Positions 23,289-38,140 of a DNA stretch of 64,000 bases are shown one piece after another. A model generated the notes under the pieces. The model did not search any database. It was not told the DNA's origin and was given only the letters and a program-made list of their open reading frames with translations. Within the stretch, counting starts at the first letter, position 1. The number at the start of each line of letters is the position of its first letter. The position numbers and the translations under genes are program-made. Source of the stretch: Felis catus (taxonomy: Eukaryota); assembly GCF_018350175.1 (NCBI RefSeq), contig NC_058368.1:54748001-54812000 (forward strand). Reading direction: 5' to 3'.

Positions 23289-25401
23289 AAGAATGAATAT
23301 GGATACATAATTATGTCTGCCATTGTAGTAGGAAAATCAGTAAAACGCCAGGGGATTTTTTTTTCCCTGCTTGTTATTAATTGCAAACTCTAATTAAATA
23401 ATACCCGGAGAACTCTAAATTAATAACAGATGACTTTGCCCCTTAGAAGCCATAGATGGGCAAATATTGGTATAAATCAGAATTATAAAATTAAGTAAAA
23501 GACATGAAGACCTATTATTTTCATAAAAATGAAGGGTCAAAACACATTTTAAATATTCTTTTTCATATATTTTGTCATTCTTTCCATTTTATCTCACATT
23601 TTGCCCTTTGCTTTCATAAAGTGTTTTATGAAATATACAAGAATGTCTCAAATGCTTTGCTATTAGATGATTAAGGGTAAGATCCAATTAACTTGTTTCT
23701 TAGAGAAAAGACTTTCTCAATTTTTCATTGCTTAACTCTGAATTTCATTGCAGATTTAAATACCAAATTTATTAAATTTGCTTCTGCCAATTTGACGAAA
23801 ATCAAAAGAACAAATATTGCCTTATGTATATTATGTAGTCATTTTCAAGAAGAATATTGCCTATATTGAGCAAGAGCAATGACAAAGCTTAATATCCTTC
23901 TGTTTCTTTACACAAGATTTACTGTTCACTAAACAGAATAATTACCACAGCAATTGTTAAAACACAAATACACTCAACGCACATTAATGAAGCACAAAAG
24001 AAGGCAAAGGTATTGCTATTTATCTTTCTTAAGCTTTTCAATTTAAAAATATTCAGTTCTCATAATTTAGAGAAAATATGCAATTAGTGAACTTTGTTTA
24101 CCTTTGACAATCTAATTAACAGTGAAAGCATGTGGGGGATAAAAATCACTAACATTTATGCTAGATATCTGCTTATACTTCAAATAAAATTAAATCATTT
24201 ATTAGGCCTTAGAGTCAGCTGCACTGAGAGTTAGGAGATTTGAACTTTATCCCCAATTGTACAACCATTGTTAGGTCTTTGCACTCACTCCTTTTACTGC
24301 AAAATGACTAATAATGTAAAATTAGTCACTAATGGGAGTTAACAATATAAGTGGCCTTTTTAAATTAGCTCTTAGAAAGAAACATTAATGCATTTCAATG
24401 CTTCATTGGAATTATTATTTTTTTTTCAATTCCTTAAGTGGGTTGAGAAGTTTTGAAGATTTTCTGCAATGCATCCATTCTGAGGGGCAAAAAATGAATA
24501 ACTGCTTTGTTATAGTTGCAAAAGTTAAATGAGTATAATTTTTATGTTTCTTCTGTAAAACAGTGACTCACCACTGTTGATAATTCATAAAATTCTGCCA
24601 TTTGTATTATTTCTTATTGTGCTTCAATCCAGAAATATCAAACTATTGTGCAAGTACTAATAATTTATTAAACAGTCCAATTTAAAATTTCCTTAAAGTG
24701 TTAAGAGTAGACTGTAAGAATAATATATGTACTAGAGAGAGTTGCAATATATCATCTTTCTAAATCTGTATAATTAAAAGTAAACAGTCTTAGAATCCCA
24801 GGTCTTAATATAGTGCACTGTATGGTCAGGTGCTAATGTAAGTAGGTAGATTTGTAGATAATGCAATGACATTTGACTCTGAATTGCAATTTTGAATATT
24901 ACGTGTGATTTTGAAAAATACATAGTACATAGAAATAATATATAACTCCTTGAGGAAAACTAGAGATGCACATTTGTTCAGCGATAATACCTGCTCAGAT
25001 ATTACTACTTGCCCCTCACTTCACATTAATGTTGAACAGCAGTAACTCATAGAAGAAAGTACAGAATATGCTCCTTACTTTGTATTTTCCTTAAAAGGTG
25101 CCATCTATGAATTCATTCATGAATGCAAATTACTATCCTTGGGATACAATTCTCTACAGACTTCATATGGATTTCCACAGGAATACACTTTCCCACAAGA
25201 TAACTCTCATGATCCAAAGGAAATGCCTCTTTTTGATGGGGCACACTGAAGATGAAAGAGCAACTAACATTTTTACTGATCATGTATCTTACAAGGTAAC
25301 CTTGAAAAATCCTTATTATTTCCATTTTATAAATAACAAAAGTGAAAGAGAATTTAAGACATATCTTAAACATCTCAGAGATTAAAATTAATTCATATAT
25401 A

Positions 25402-25619
25402 GGGGTGCCCGTGTGGCTCAGTTGATTAAGCGTCCAACTCTTGATTTCAGCTCAGGTCATGATCTCACGGTTCATGAGTTCAAGCCCCGCATTGGGCTCC
25501 ATGCTGATAGGGTGGAGCCTGCTTGGGATTATCCCTCTCTCCTTCTCTCTCTGACCCTCCCCTGCTTGCACCCTCGCTCTCACTCTCTCTCTCAAAATAA
25601 ACTTTTTAAAGATTTTTTC
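25402..25619 (+). mobile_element. CanSINE
   Basis: TSD AAATTAATTCA(T/A)ATATA on both sides. Confidence 0.94.
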
Positions 25620-26239
25620 AAATTAATTCAAATATAGTTCTGTCAAATCAGAAATTTCTGACCATTGTTTTTATTTTATTTTAGCACAGATTGATAGACT
25701 CCATAAATTCTAAATACCTACACAGTTTGAATTTATAATTCATAACATGCATCATTTTTTATGACACAGAAATGATTTTATAAATTGCTAATTTACATTT
25801 CTATATTTATAGTGCAAATGTTATGTCTTAAGTGGATATATTTTATGTTCTTTTGTAAGAATTTGAGGTTAGAATTAGAACACAGAGCCAGCTTGAAACT
25901 AAAGTGCTTTCTTAATACTTATCTTACTATTGAAATGTCTTTTATAAAAAATACTGTAAAGTTGGATTTTCTTTAGTCCAGAATAATTCATTAGTCTGAA
26001 AAGTTTTTACTTAATTGTAAAGGAATTACAGAGATATGAGGGTATATCAATGTTTCATTAATCCTAGGATCTTGTCTTGAGACACTAACTCAACCCAACA
26101 ACATAAATGATAAAGATACTCCAGTAGGAGAAAAGAAACTCTCCCTAATTTTAATCTATGAACTGATATACAGATATTTTTTCTCTCTTTATGAGATAAA
26201 AGTGTATTATTTCCCCAGTAAATTTATATCTTCATATGT

Positions 26240-26594
26240 TTTGTGGTAGTTTGCATTATCTCTTCAAAATATTTGTTGGCTAACACACACACACACACAC
26301 ACACACAGAATCTATGCAACTCTTTCAAAGGGAAGACTGTCCTTCCCACACATTGACTTCAGGTTTGTCATGTGGCTTGCTTTGTTTGTCCAATGGGATG
26401 TAAACTTTAAGAGCTATTATTTAGTTTGTCATTGCTATTTTCCCTTTACTTCAAAACGTCAAGGGTCTTGGGCACCTTAGTGGCTTAGTGGGTTATGCCT
26501 CCAACTCTTGATTTCAGTTCAGGTCATGATCTCACAGTTCATGGGTCTGAGCCCCACATCAGGCTCTATACTGACAGCATGGAGCCTGCTTGGG

Positions 26595-26644
<50 letters not shown>

Positions 26645-26890
26645 TCTCTCTCTCTAACTAGATAAACTTAAAAAAAAAACTGTAAAGGGTCCTAGATAGT
26701 AGTTGCTTCTTTACCATTTAAGTTCTGGAGTGAAAAGGACATGATGTGGAACTTATGCTGAATAAAAAAAAAAAAAAAAAACTTGTTTAACAACAGGAAT
26801 TAAACTTCTGCTGTTAATAAAACCACTAAAACTTAATGTTCTTTTTTTTAAATAGTTGTATAACTTAGACTAGCAGATTTACAAAATACT
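26240..26890 (+). mobile_element. Ancient MLT1(H-K)-like LTR interrupted by (CA)n and a SINE
   Basis: CATTGACTTCAGGTTTGTCATGTGGCTTGCTTTG...CAATGGGATG and 3' end ATTAAACTTCTGCTGTT...CCACTAAAA. Confidence 0.6.
26470..26679 (+). mobile_element. CanSINE with an expanded (CT)n microsatellite
   Basis: Head, long (CT)n at ~26597-26655 and A-tail. Confidence 0.92.
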
Positions 26891-28322
26891 GAATTTATCT
26901 TTATTTGACAGCACTTATTTTCATTCTTCTAGCATAGTTTGTTGACATACAGTAAAAACTTACTGTCCTCAATTGCTAACCAAGATAAGATTTATATATT
27001 TTCTTAAAATAATACACACACAAATAATTAAAAGCTAAAATACACTTACAGATTTGATGACAAATCTGGTTATACTTAGCCGCCTCTTATTTTACTTTGT
27101 TGGAATACCTCATGATAAAAAATAATTGACCACAAACTACATTATTCCCAATGTGCCACTGAATCTTAGAGAATTAGTACCTCTCCTTGATTTATGGTTC
27201 CAGTCTAATTTCACAGAGCTCTATCAGCAAACTCATTTTGACACTCTTGAGCTACAACTATAGCAATTCATTTACAACATTCCCCAAACAAATTTCAACT
27301 TCACTAACAGATTGTGCTTGGCTGAAGCTGTTGGTGATTTAAAATAGCTGGAATCCTAATGTAAGTTTATAATGAAATGTCTGACAAGACTCTAACATGG
27401 GAGTCTCCTAATGATTTTGTAATGTTTTGACAATCTTGAAAATATGTTTTAAAAAAAGCTAGCAAATGCAAGTTTTCCCTAAGCAAAATATCCCATCTGT
27501 TCAAAGAAAATCTTTCAAAATACCAGAAGCACTAACCACAGTATAGGAAGAAGTTGTATGATTTCATTTCTTTAAATAAATGATTCTTTGAAGAGATAAA
27601 TAATAGGAATTGTAGAAACCTTTAAGAACTTAAGTTTATAATGCAACTGACTAGTAACCTTTAAAGGTAAGTGACTAAGGGAATTGTTAAAGATCCCTCA
27701 ACTGTGGCAAAATGTGTCCTGAATGCTTTGATTAGAGGAGCTGAAAGGGGTATTTAAAACCTTATTAGTTTAAAGCACAAAGAAAAAAAGTGAGTTTTAT
27801 ACTAAATAGGATACCGAATGGGCTCCCTTTAGACCATTATTATGAACATTTATCATTTCTCGCTCCAGTTGAGGGAATTTTGATAATTCCCTCTATAAGT
27901 CACCTTTAAAGCTATTCTGCCAAGCTGATGGGGCCCCAATATTGATTTGAGTTGTCCACAGGTTAACTCAGATGATTGCAAATCACTCAGAGTTCCATGT
28001 TCTATTCTGAGCTTCCCATCTGTATAACCTCTAGAGAAGGTTAAAATTAACACCTTTCTTTTGTACACAGAGATTTTTCCAGTTTACAAAGTTATATCAC
28101 ATACTCAATTCCATATAATAAATATGTACTTAGCTTCTCTTCTTCAAATATAATGAAACTGAGGCCCTAAGAGCTTAAATAATCCATATTGTTAAGTTGT
28201 GTGAGAATTTTTAAAGCGGATTCATTAAAACGCCCTCCCTTCCTCCCACTTTCCTCCCTTTCTTCCTTAATTCTTTCTTTCTATAGAAATAACTAAAGAT
28301 TTTTTCTTATAATTATGCTTTT

Positions 28323-28532
28323 AGTTTTTTTAATGTTTATTTGAGAGTGAGAAGTGCATGCACACGTGCGAGCTGGGAAGGGGCAGAGAGAGAGGGAGAG
28401 AGAGAGAGAATCCCAAGCAGGTTCTATGCTGTCAGCAAAGAGTCCCACGGGGGCTCGAACTCACAAACTATGAGATCATGACCTGAGCTGAAATCAAAAG
28501 TTGGACATTCAACTGAGTTACTCAGGCTCCCC
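28323..28532 (-). mobile_element. CanSINE
   Basis: TSD TCTTATAAT(TA/CT)TGCTTTT at 28305-28322 and 28534-28551. Confidence 0.93.
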
Positions 28533-28669
28533 ATCTTATAATCTTGCTTTTAAAAGCCAGCAAATAAAGTTGTTCCTACTAGCATAAATTACTAAAAGAA
28601 GTGTACAAAATTGTTAATTTAAATTTAAATTTATGTTTAGCAATTAAGAACATTTTTGTGTACACTTCA

Positions 28670-28887
28670 TTTATTTTATTTTTTTAAATAATTTTTTAAC
28701 GTTTATTTTTGAGACAGAGAGGGACAGAGCATGAACAGGGGAGGGTCAGAGAGAGGGAGACACAGAATCTGAAACAGGCTCCGAGCTGTCAGCACAGAGC
28801 CCAACGCAGGGCTCGAACTCACAGACCGCGAGATCGTGACCTGAACTGAAGTCGGCCGCCCAACTGACTGAGCCACCCAGGCGACCC
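28670..28887 (-). mobile_element. Feline CanSINE
   Basis: Flanking TGTACACTT direct repeat; head, AG tract and T-tail. Confidence 0.95.
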
Positions 28888-29150
28888 TGTACACTTTATT
28901 TAAATTAGACATGTTTATTAAAATTCAAAATAAGTATTTCTCTTATTTATTAGGCTTCATTTCAGCCAACACATTTTAGAACTATATTTTTTTGCTTATG
29001 TTACATGTTCAGGGAAAATCACCTATGGATCTTATAGTCTATCAGTCCATGTTAGCAATTCCGCTTTAGAAAACTTAAGTAGAAGCAAATACCATATTTC
29101 CATTGGTGGGTTTGTAAGTTTTGTTGATTCAGAGAGCAACACTTAATGTT

Positions 29151-29320
29151 CAAAGGTAGATTAACCCTGAACCGAATTCATCTTAGGCTATAGTGCCTCT
29201 CACTTACCAAGGCCCCTTTCAAATTGTCATTTTTATAGCTAATTTTATAACTGTGTTATTTTATTTTTAAGGAGATTCCCCAAATTATAATAAATTTTAG
29301 GTTCCAAATGTGGATAATCT
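29151..29320 (+). mobile_element. MER53-like hAT MITE
   Basis: CAAAGGTAGATTAACCCTGAA...CCTCTCACTT...GGCCCCTTTCAA...CCCCAAATTATA resembles the recalled MER53 consensus. Confidence 0.6.
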
Positions 29321-29469
29321 GTTAGTTATCATCTATATTAACACAAATTGAAAAGCTTCCCAGTAACTTTAAAATTTGTCACATGTGTGCCCTTTAATCT
29401 AAAATTGACATCAGTATTAAGACAGATTAAAGAGATTATTTCTAAAGGTTAGCAAAAAAAGGGGGGTGA

Positions 29470-29545
29470 GGGGTGACCATAAAATTTACAATCCAAAGCA
29501 GGTCACTTTTCAAAGGATCATATCTATCTCAGATAAACTAAATAT
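29470..29545. mobile_element. MER94-like (hAT-Blackjack) fragment
   Basis: GGGTGACCATAAAATTTACAATCCAAAGCAGGTCACTTTT. Confidence 0.45.
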
Positions 29546-29710
29546 ATAATTTCTTGCACTCATCTAGAATGTTGATTTTCTAAAATTGTTTCTCTCAGTT
29601 TCCTAAGTTTCTTTGCACACAGGTATAGACAACTGCATTAAAAATTCAGCATTTAGTGGTATAAAGTAAGAGAAGAAAAGATTCAGGAGGGTCTGTGGAT
29701 GTTTGCTTTT

Positions 29711-29742
<32 letters not shown>

Positions 29743-30689
29743 GTTTTGGCCAGATGTTTTCTAATATGTCAGGGTGTGTGAATTAAAGGCGTACTTGTCC
29801 TGTGTCTCTCATGGTTATGGAACTAGAATAAATAGAAGTCAAGAACTAAATTTGAGTTCAGTGTAAGGGAGAATTTCTCCTCCCTCTTCAGAACTTAAAC
29901 TACCCAACAACAGAAAAATCTTCCTTGTGAAGCCATATGTGCTTTGTTACAGTAATACATTAACAGAAATAAAATGTCCCATTAAAAGATAAAAAAGGAT
30001 GAAAAATCTGTGTCCACTGGGAAAAGTCATATGAGTTCCATGATCTGCTGTAAATCATATAGAGGTTAATAGGTTTGGCTCCATAGTCAGACATACTAGA
30101 TTTGGATTTTAACTTTCCCCTAAAAACTCCAGAATCTCTAAAAGAAAATATAAGTTAATGCCTAGAGACTACTTAGATCTTATTTGTCTTATTGCTAAGA
30201 TGTCATTTAGAGCTAGAGCACAACACTTATCTACTCCAGAAATGATCATTTTTTATCTGAGAAGCAAAACTGTTGAAGGTATAAACCCTTTAGTTTGCCT
30301 TGTGCTGCAACAAGCTCACACACACAAACACAAAATCAGCTGGCTTAAGAAATTAAGAAAATGTTTCACCTCACATGCAAAGAAATTTAAAGCAAAGGAT
30401 GGATCCAGAGAAAATACCTAATTTTAGATTCATAATCTCTTTCAAAAAGTCATGTACTTCTAAAGTCCCCCAGCACCATCTATCGGATGCTTGATCATGA
30501 TGTCAGTTTACTCTGGGGAGGAATAGCCATGAACTTTTAATCTGTAGCATCAATAGTTACAAGTACCCAGCACAGCTCTTCACATTAAGGGAGGAAAGGC
30601 ATGTCATGGAAATGGAAGACAACTTTAAGTCTTCACATTGCTCAAAGGTATTTTAAATTGGGGAATGAAACCTTACTCATATATTGAAT

Positions 30690-30940
30690 TCAAGAAACAA
30701 ACAAGCATAGGTAAAAAATTAAAAAAAGAGAGAGAGGCAAACCAAGAAACAGACTCTTTAACTATAGACAGCAAACTGATGGTTACCAGAGGTAGGTGGG
30801 TGAGGGGATGGGTTAAATGGATGATGGGGATTGAGGAGGGCACTTGTGATGAGCATTGAGTGATGTTCTGAAGTGCTGAATCACTAATGTTACACTGTAT
30901 GTTAACTAACTGGAATTAAAAAAAAAATACTGAAAAAAAT
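30690..30940 (+). mobile_element. 5'-truncated carnivore L1 3'UTR (L1_Carn-like)
   Basis: GAGAGAGGCAAACCAAGAAACAGACTC...CAAACTGATGGTTACCAGAGG...GTTAACTAACTGGAATT followed by an A-tail. Confidence 0.85.
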
Positions 30941-31177
30941 TTGGTAAATGAAATCTTAGATAACATTGTGTCCCTCCTATAAATAAATGTGAATGTGTTT
31001 CTACAATCCTGAAAACAAAATAATCACTAAAATTTCATCATATAATAATAATAACCTAAGGTAGTTTGAACCTTACATTTTGATTTTATAGCATTCCACA
31101 TATTGTGAAATCAATAAATATGAAAGATCTTACCAAATTTTTGAGCTAGTAATCACTTCTTCTAGTATCCTTATACA

Positions 31178-32418
31178 CTTTTTTTTCTGCTGCATTTGCA
31201 GTCTAATTGACAAATAAAAATTGCACACATTTATGCTGTATAACTTGATGACATGATGATTTATGTATATATTGTGAAATGATTACCATAATCAAGCTAA
31301 TTAACATATCCCTTACCTCACATGCTTGTGATGAGAACACTTAAGATTTACTCTCTTAGCAAATTTCAAGTAACCACAGTCACCATGCTGCACATTAGAT
31401 CGCCAGAACTTCATCTTATAACTCAAAATTTGCACTCTTTTACCATCATCTCCCAATTTCTCCCACCCCCCAACCCCTGGTAACCAACATTCTATTCTCT
31501 AGTTCTATGAGTTTGATTTTTTTTAGATACCACATATAAGTGAGATCATACTTTCTATGTTTGACTTACTTCACATAGCATAACATTCTTCAGGTTCATC
31601 CATATTGTTGCAGATGACAATTATTTTTAATGGCTGAGTAATAGTCCATTGTGTACATATATCTCATCTTCTTTTCCATTCATCTGTGAAGAAGGACTGA
31701 TGTAGTTTTCACATCTTGGGTATTGTGAATAATGCCACAATGAGCACAGGAGTACAGATGCTTCTTGGAGAAATTGCTTTCATTTCTTTTGGATATATAT
31801 CCAGAGTGGCACTCCTGCATCATACGGAAGTTTTATTTTTAATTTTTTAAGGAAGCTCCATACCATTTTCCATATTGGCTGCACCAGTTTACATTCCAGC
31901 CAACAGTGCACAAGGATTTTCTTTTCTGCACATTCTTGCCAGCACTTGTTATCTCTTCTCTTTTTAATAATAGCCATCCCAGCAGGTATGAGGTGATATC
32001 TTCTTGTGGTTTTGATTTGCATTTTCCAGATGATTAGTGATTTTGAGTACCTTTTCATACACCTGCTGGCTATCTGTATGCCTTTTTTGGAAAATGACTA
32101 AGCGGGTCATTTGCCCATTTTTCTCAGGTTTCCTACAGTTGTATTAGTTCCTTATATACTTTGGATACTAACCTTTTCCTATAGGTATGGTTTGTAAGTA
32201 TTTTTCCCATTCTATAGGTTGTCTTTTCATTTTTTGGACTGCTTGTTTGCTGTGCACTAGCTAAAAAGCTAAAAAAGTTTGAGAGAGTCCCACTTGTTTA
32301 CTTTTGCTTTAGTTGCTTGTGCTTTTGGTGTCATATCCACAAAATCATTTCCAAGACCAATGTCAAGAAGTTTTCCCCTATGTTTTCTTCTAGCAACTTT
32401 ATGGTTTCAAGTATTAAA
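31178..32418 (-). mobile_element. 5'-truncated L1MA (L1MA9-like) ORF2 C-terminus and 3'UTR
   Basis: ORF 31780-32058 retains MQIKTT.RYHL and [12 protein letters not shown]1MA-type 3'UTR GAGAACACTTAAGATTTACTCTCTTAGCAAATTTCAAG. Confidence 0.88.
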
Positions 32419-35400
32419 TCTTGGACTGCTAGGTCAGGAAACAAGCATTTGATGCAAGTTAGCAGCTATCTGGGGGACACCAAACATAATACTGGCCTAA
32501 GAGATATCTTGTTGCTTGTATTACTTTAAATGTAAAATTCAGGATTATCAGATAATACCACACGTCTTCAAAAAGGAAAAGGGCCATTTATTTAAATTGT
32601 CCTTTTTATATGGATTTACTTACATATGTATTGGTATGTTTATGTATATAAAAGAGTATAACACAAGAAACCTGGGAATTTTCACTTCTCTGGAACAGAG
32701 GCATCCCCAGTGTGATTTTTTTGTGTGTGTTTGCTCATGTTTACGATTGTCTATAACTGCAAAATATTCAAAGTTTTACAAAAGCACAAAAACAAAAAGA
32801 CCCTTTGACAATACAACTTCAAATAAGACATAAATTTTGCCATCTAGTAAAATATGCAGGATGTAAAAATTGCTTTATTACTATTGCAACCTGAGAACAA
32901 ATTGTATTGTTTCTGATTTACATCATCAATTCTCTCCTTCCAATAATATGTAAGTGTCCTTTGAAAGAAATAATTCTTGACATAGACCAATGAGTATATC
33001 TGTTGAATATATATTATTCCATATAATGATAAATAATCACATTGTTTAAAGATTTAAAATTCACTTTTCAGGTTTATTACACAATATTTTTACAATACTG
33101 ATTTTACACTTAGAATTAAAAAATTTTGAAAAAACAATAATTACGTAAAGAACAATTTTTTTTGAAACTTACATTCAATAATCTGTACCTTCTCAATATT
33201 TCTTTTTGCCTTAATCTCACTGGGAAGGAAATAATTATTAGCTTTAAGTATCAGACTCACTTTTAAAACTTTTTAATTTTATTTTTTAAATTTATTTTAA
33301 AATAAATTTTACTTTAAAATAACAATGATGTTGTATAGAAGGTTATTTGATAAGGATCAAGCTAGCATTCTTCCACAACTCCTCCCCATTGTAGATCCTG
33401 TGTGTCTATGGTCTAGTTAGCAAGGCTCTAAGGGATATGATTTGATTTCTATCTTTACTTTCTTTTTTCTTCCTTGAATTAAATGAGAGCATCTTTTATA
33501 AAATACATACATATATTAATTAATTTATTAGCAATTAAATTTTTGGGGAAGACACAGGAGATTTTTATAGATATTTCAGGAATAGTAAAGCAATTCAGTT
33601 GAGTTCCTCAGGCAACACATCCATAATCATTAAGGAGTAGTAGGAGGATAAATGTTTTGGGTACTCTCATGCTTGACTGATATTAGAGGCTGAGGGAAAA
33701 CTCTGAGAGGTCCAAGATGGTTTAACCCTAAGATATATTCAATGTGTTTCCCACATGTGGTTATGGAACATTAAAATAAGAAAATAAAAATGTAAGCAAT
33801 ATTTTATTTTTTATTATATTTTAGTTGTTCTTCCCTTTGGCTAGGACCAGCGTATGGAATTTAAGGACTCACTGCATGGAAAGAAATGTGTCATGCCTCA
33901 GAATTTTAGAACTATTAGAAATTTTAAACATTATCTATAGAATTAACTTCATTTATAAAGTGAGAAAGCCGAGCCTGCAGGAGTTTCTACCATCAGACAA
34001 TAATCCTAGTAAAGATCTTCAGCACTACTCTTGTATCCACTTTTCTCTGTTGTTTTTAAAGGGAGTTTTCATTCTTCAGGTGAAATTATAACTTATTGAT
34101 TGCCACTATACTGTTCTAGTCACCATTAAAAGAAGTGGATATTTACAGCCTGCCCTGTAAATAAAGTGACTTAACTATACTCACAGAATCTCAAGTGATT
34201 AATAGTAGCTCTCCTTTGAGTAGAAAAACAGTGTTTTAAATATGGAAATCTTGCTCCTTTTTGTTGGTTAAAATCATTAATGTATCAGACTCCAAGTTTT
34301 TATTTTCATAGTTATTTTTATCCCACCCAAATTAAGGTTTTAATAAATGTCAATGAATTTACTTTTAAAGGAAACATTTCATCCTGGTTTAAATATAAGT
34401 AAACCAAATTACCAAACCAAACGTACAAGAATCTATAAAATTTATAGTTATCAATGCTTAATTTGCCTATAATTCTTTCTTATTAACCTTCTTGTGTCAG
34501 CCCACTCTGATCCTCTTTAAGTGCATTTGCAGTGTTTCAGAATGTTTATATTTCTACTTTACAATTTTTCTTAAAGATTTTTATCAGGTGTTTTGGTTTT
34601 GAAAGCAACTAGCCTCCATTTTCTGCTCTACTTGCTCCTGAGCAGTAGGCTTCTTATCTAAGGATTTGCAGAGGTATTCCATTATTGTGTTTGTGGCATA
34701 ATTCTGCATTCTCCTTTATTTGCAAATCATTCTCATACGCCTCTCTTCTCTCACTAGGATAATGTTACTTTTACTCAGACTCTTCCCTGATTTTGGTAGC
34801 TAGATCTGTGATGCCAAGTGAACTCCTCAGAAATTCTCATTACAATCAATCCACAAATACCTCTTCTTAAAGGTTATGCAGTAAGTCATCAACCTTAAAA
34901 TTGTAAGAATAGTCCTAATGCTTAGAAATACAACCAGCATATGTTTTAAGACACTGTCACATGCAATAAATTGTTTTAGAAAGAATGAACAGATAAATGA
35001 GTTATTCATCTTTGTAGCATAGTAATATGCACCATGTCTGAAATGGAGTTAATATTTAGCAATGTTCATTGAAAGAAATATGAACTGAATGAGCCACAAT
35101 TCATTCAGCATTCTTTATATGAAGGTTATAATTCAGAATTCTTCTCCAGAAGATATTTTTCACTTTAAGATTCTTAAATTTTTCTTTAAACTCTATTCTT
35201 AAAGTTATGATTAAGTGAAGCTTCAGAGTTTAAAGGAGTTCATATTAGCTTCCATAATATATAGACTTGCCTGCAATGGATATTTAGGAACTAGATCCAT
35301 GAAATGACATTTATTGTTATTTCATCATTATATATTTCATTTGTCTATAGACAGAAGGATAAAAATAGTCTACCTTTTTAAAACAGCCTTGCAAAATCAT

Positions 35401-36599
35401 CTATATTTATTATTTCACATTTTTTGTTCTCTTCCTCTAAGGAGTTCAAGATGCTTTACCAAAAGTTGTGTTTTGGTTTTTTTGTTTTTTTTGTTTTGTT
35501 TTTTTACTTTAATGATAAATCACATAGAACGCATCTGACATAGGTAAATATGCATAAAATCATACTCAAGGCTGCTTTCCCTGTTAAAAACTTAATGTAT
35601 TCAAATCATTGAATCTCATAAAAGCCTAAGACAAAACCACTGAATAGATCATAGATTGCCCCTAAGAAAGTCAGTACCAAAGGCTATTTCTTACTGGCTT
35701 ACACTAGCAGTAATTAGACTTTGTTTTTTTTAACCTATCAGATTTACCTGGAGTTGGGGTGGGAATGTTTAATTCAATTTTGGTGTGATGAATTTGTCTA
35801 AATTCTACTCAATCTTTATTTTTTAAAAAGTGGCATAAAGGTAAGAGGTCACAAAGTCTAACATTTCAAAATATCATGTGCAAAAAATTTTAGGAATAAA
35901 GTTATGCATAATGATTATTCATTATCATATATACTAGTGATAGTCTATGATCCAACATAAACATTACATATAAAAATATTTTTCTACCAGTCATATTAAT
36001 TATAAAAAGGTACAGTATAGATAAAAACTTTGAGATTGCAGGTAACTGGAATTTTTATATATTACTGGAGGAAATAAAGATGGAAATTTAGGAATTCCAA
36101 AACCATTCATAACTTTTTTTCCTCATCCCTACACTTCTTACTTCGGTGTTAAGAAAAATATAAAATGAGGAAAAAATATAAACACATACAGCAAATTTTA
36201 TGAAGGTGGAAAACTAGAGATAAACTAAATGGTCAGAGACAGAAAACAGATAACTAAATATAGTACAGTATAGCCACTTAACAGAGTAGTGTGTAAGCAC
36301 GCTATTAACTAATAACAGTAAACTCAAGAATGTTCAGGATACATACACCATAAGTGAGAAAAAGTAAATTACAAAATCTTATTACACTATTACTGAAATA
36401 GTGCAGAGAATTTATAGGCCCATTGACAACACATGAAAGAAATCACTCTATTACTCTGAATAATTATCATCTTTTCCTTTAACTCCCACATCTATTTGGC
36501 TACCGCTCCATATCATTCTGCCTCCCCCTCTTTAAACTTTATCTCTAGCACATTCCCTCTGCTTTTGTTATAGTTTTTATATATTTCAAATATATAAAA

Positions 36600-36706
36600 C
36601 TCTGCCAGCACAGAGCCCAATGCGGGACTCTAACTCACGAAACTGAGAGATCATGACCTGTGCTGAAACCAAGAGACAGTTAACCAACTGAGCTACTCAG
36701 GCAACC
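36600..36706 (-). mobile_element. CanSINE head only (3' half missing)
   Basis: tRNA-related 5' part present; no AG tract or T-tail. Confidence 0.8.
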
Positions 36707-36950
36707 ATTTAGCTGATTCTTACTAATCTTTTAGGATTCTTTTCAAGTGGTCATCTCCTCTTGGCAGCTTCCTTGCCCCATACTTTCTACCACTCTAATT
36801 ATATTAAATATCCCATTTTAATCTACAATAGCTTCCTAAGGAAGTTGTTATCATCATATTCTAAGTTCTAGGATAGAAGCAGCATATGACAAACCATCAA
36901 CACATTTATAATAATTAAGTCAAATAGGAACAAACAAAGTTTTATGTCTT

Positions 36951-37183
36951 GGGGCACCTGGGTGGCTCAGTCGGTTAGGCATCTCTTGGTTTCAGCTCAA
37001 ATCATGATCGCACAGTTTATAGGTTCGGGCCCCTCATCTGGCTTTGTGCTGATAGCTTGGAGCCTGAAGCCTGCTTCAGATTCTGTGTCTCCCTCTCTCT
37101 CTCTGCTGCTCCTCCACCCACGCTCTGTCTCTCCCTCTATCTCCAAGATCACTAAACATTAAAAAATTTCAAAAAAAGAAAAG
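36951..37183 (+). mobile_element. CanSINE
   Basis: TSD AAAGTTT(T)ATGTCTT. Confidence 0.94.
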
Positions 37184-37418
37184 AAAGTTTATGTCTTAGT
37201 ATAGTTCAATATTACTAAGACATATTTCAATGTACCTCTTATGATTTTATAAAAAAAAATTGAAACAATAAACCTTCAGTGACTTATAAATAGAATGTTT
37301 AATGCCAAAAAAAAGCAATCAGGATAAAAGGTCAATATAAAAAGAAGAAAATAAAATCTATATATTCTCAGTGAACAATAGGAAATTTAAATTTTTAAAA
37401 AAGTACCACTTGTATTTT

Positions 37419-37644
37419 TATTTTTTTTTAATTTTTTTTTCAACATTTTATTTATTTTTGGGACAGAGAGAGACAGAGCATGAATGGGGGAGGGGCAGAG
37501 AGAGAGGGAGACACAGAATCCGAAACAGGCTCCAGGCTCCGAGCCATCAGCCCAGAGCCTGACGCGGGGCTCGAACTCACGGACCGCGAGATCGTGACCT
37601 GGCTAAAGTCGGACGCTTAACTGACTGCGCCACCCAGGCGCCCC
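37419..37644 (-). mobile_element. Young feline CanSINE
   Basis: TSD CCACTTGTATTTT on both sides; CpGs intact. Confidence 0.96.
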
Positions 37645-37921
37645 AGCCACTTGTATTTTTAAAAGTACATCAAAAACACAAAACAATTAGGTGTGCTTTT
37701 AATTAAATATGTGCACGATATATTCTAATAACTACAAAATACTGATGAAATCAAAGAAGGTCTAAATAAATAGCCTGTGTCCATAGATTATAAGACTCAA
37801 CATTGTGAAGTTGCAAATCATCCCCAAATTGATCAACAAATTAAACACAATCATAATTAACATCTAAGAAGGAATTTTAGTGAAATCTCTAGAAGTTGAA
37901 TTTAAAACTTATATGGACGGA

Positions 37922-38140
37922 GGGGCACCTGGGTGGTTCAGTTGGTTAAGCATCCGACTTTGGCTCAGGTCATGATCTCAAGGCTCGTGAGTTCAAGCCC
38001 CACATAGGGCTCTGTGCTGACAGCTCAGAGCCTGGAGCCTGCTTCAGAGTCTGTGTCTGTGTCTGTGTCTCTGTCTCTGCCCCTCCCCCCCTCACACTCT
38101 GTCTCTATCTGTCTCTCAAAAATAAATAAACAATGAAAAA
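37922..38140 (+). mobile_element. CanSINE
   Basis: TSD approximately AATTTAAA(A)CTT(A/G)TATGGACGG. Confidence 0.95.
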
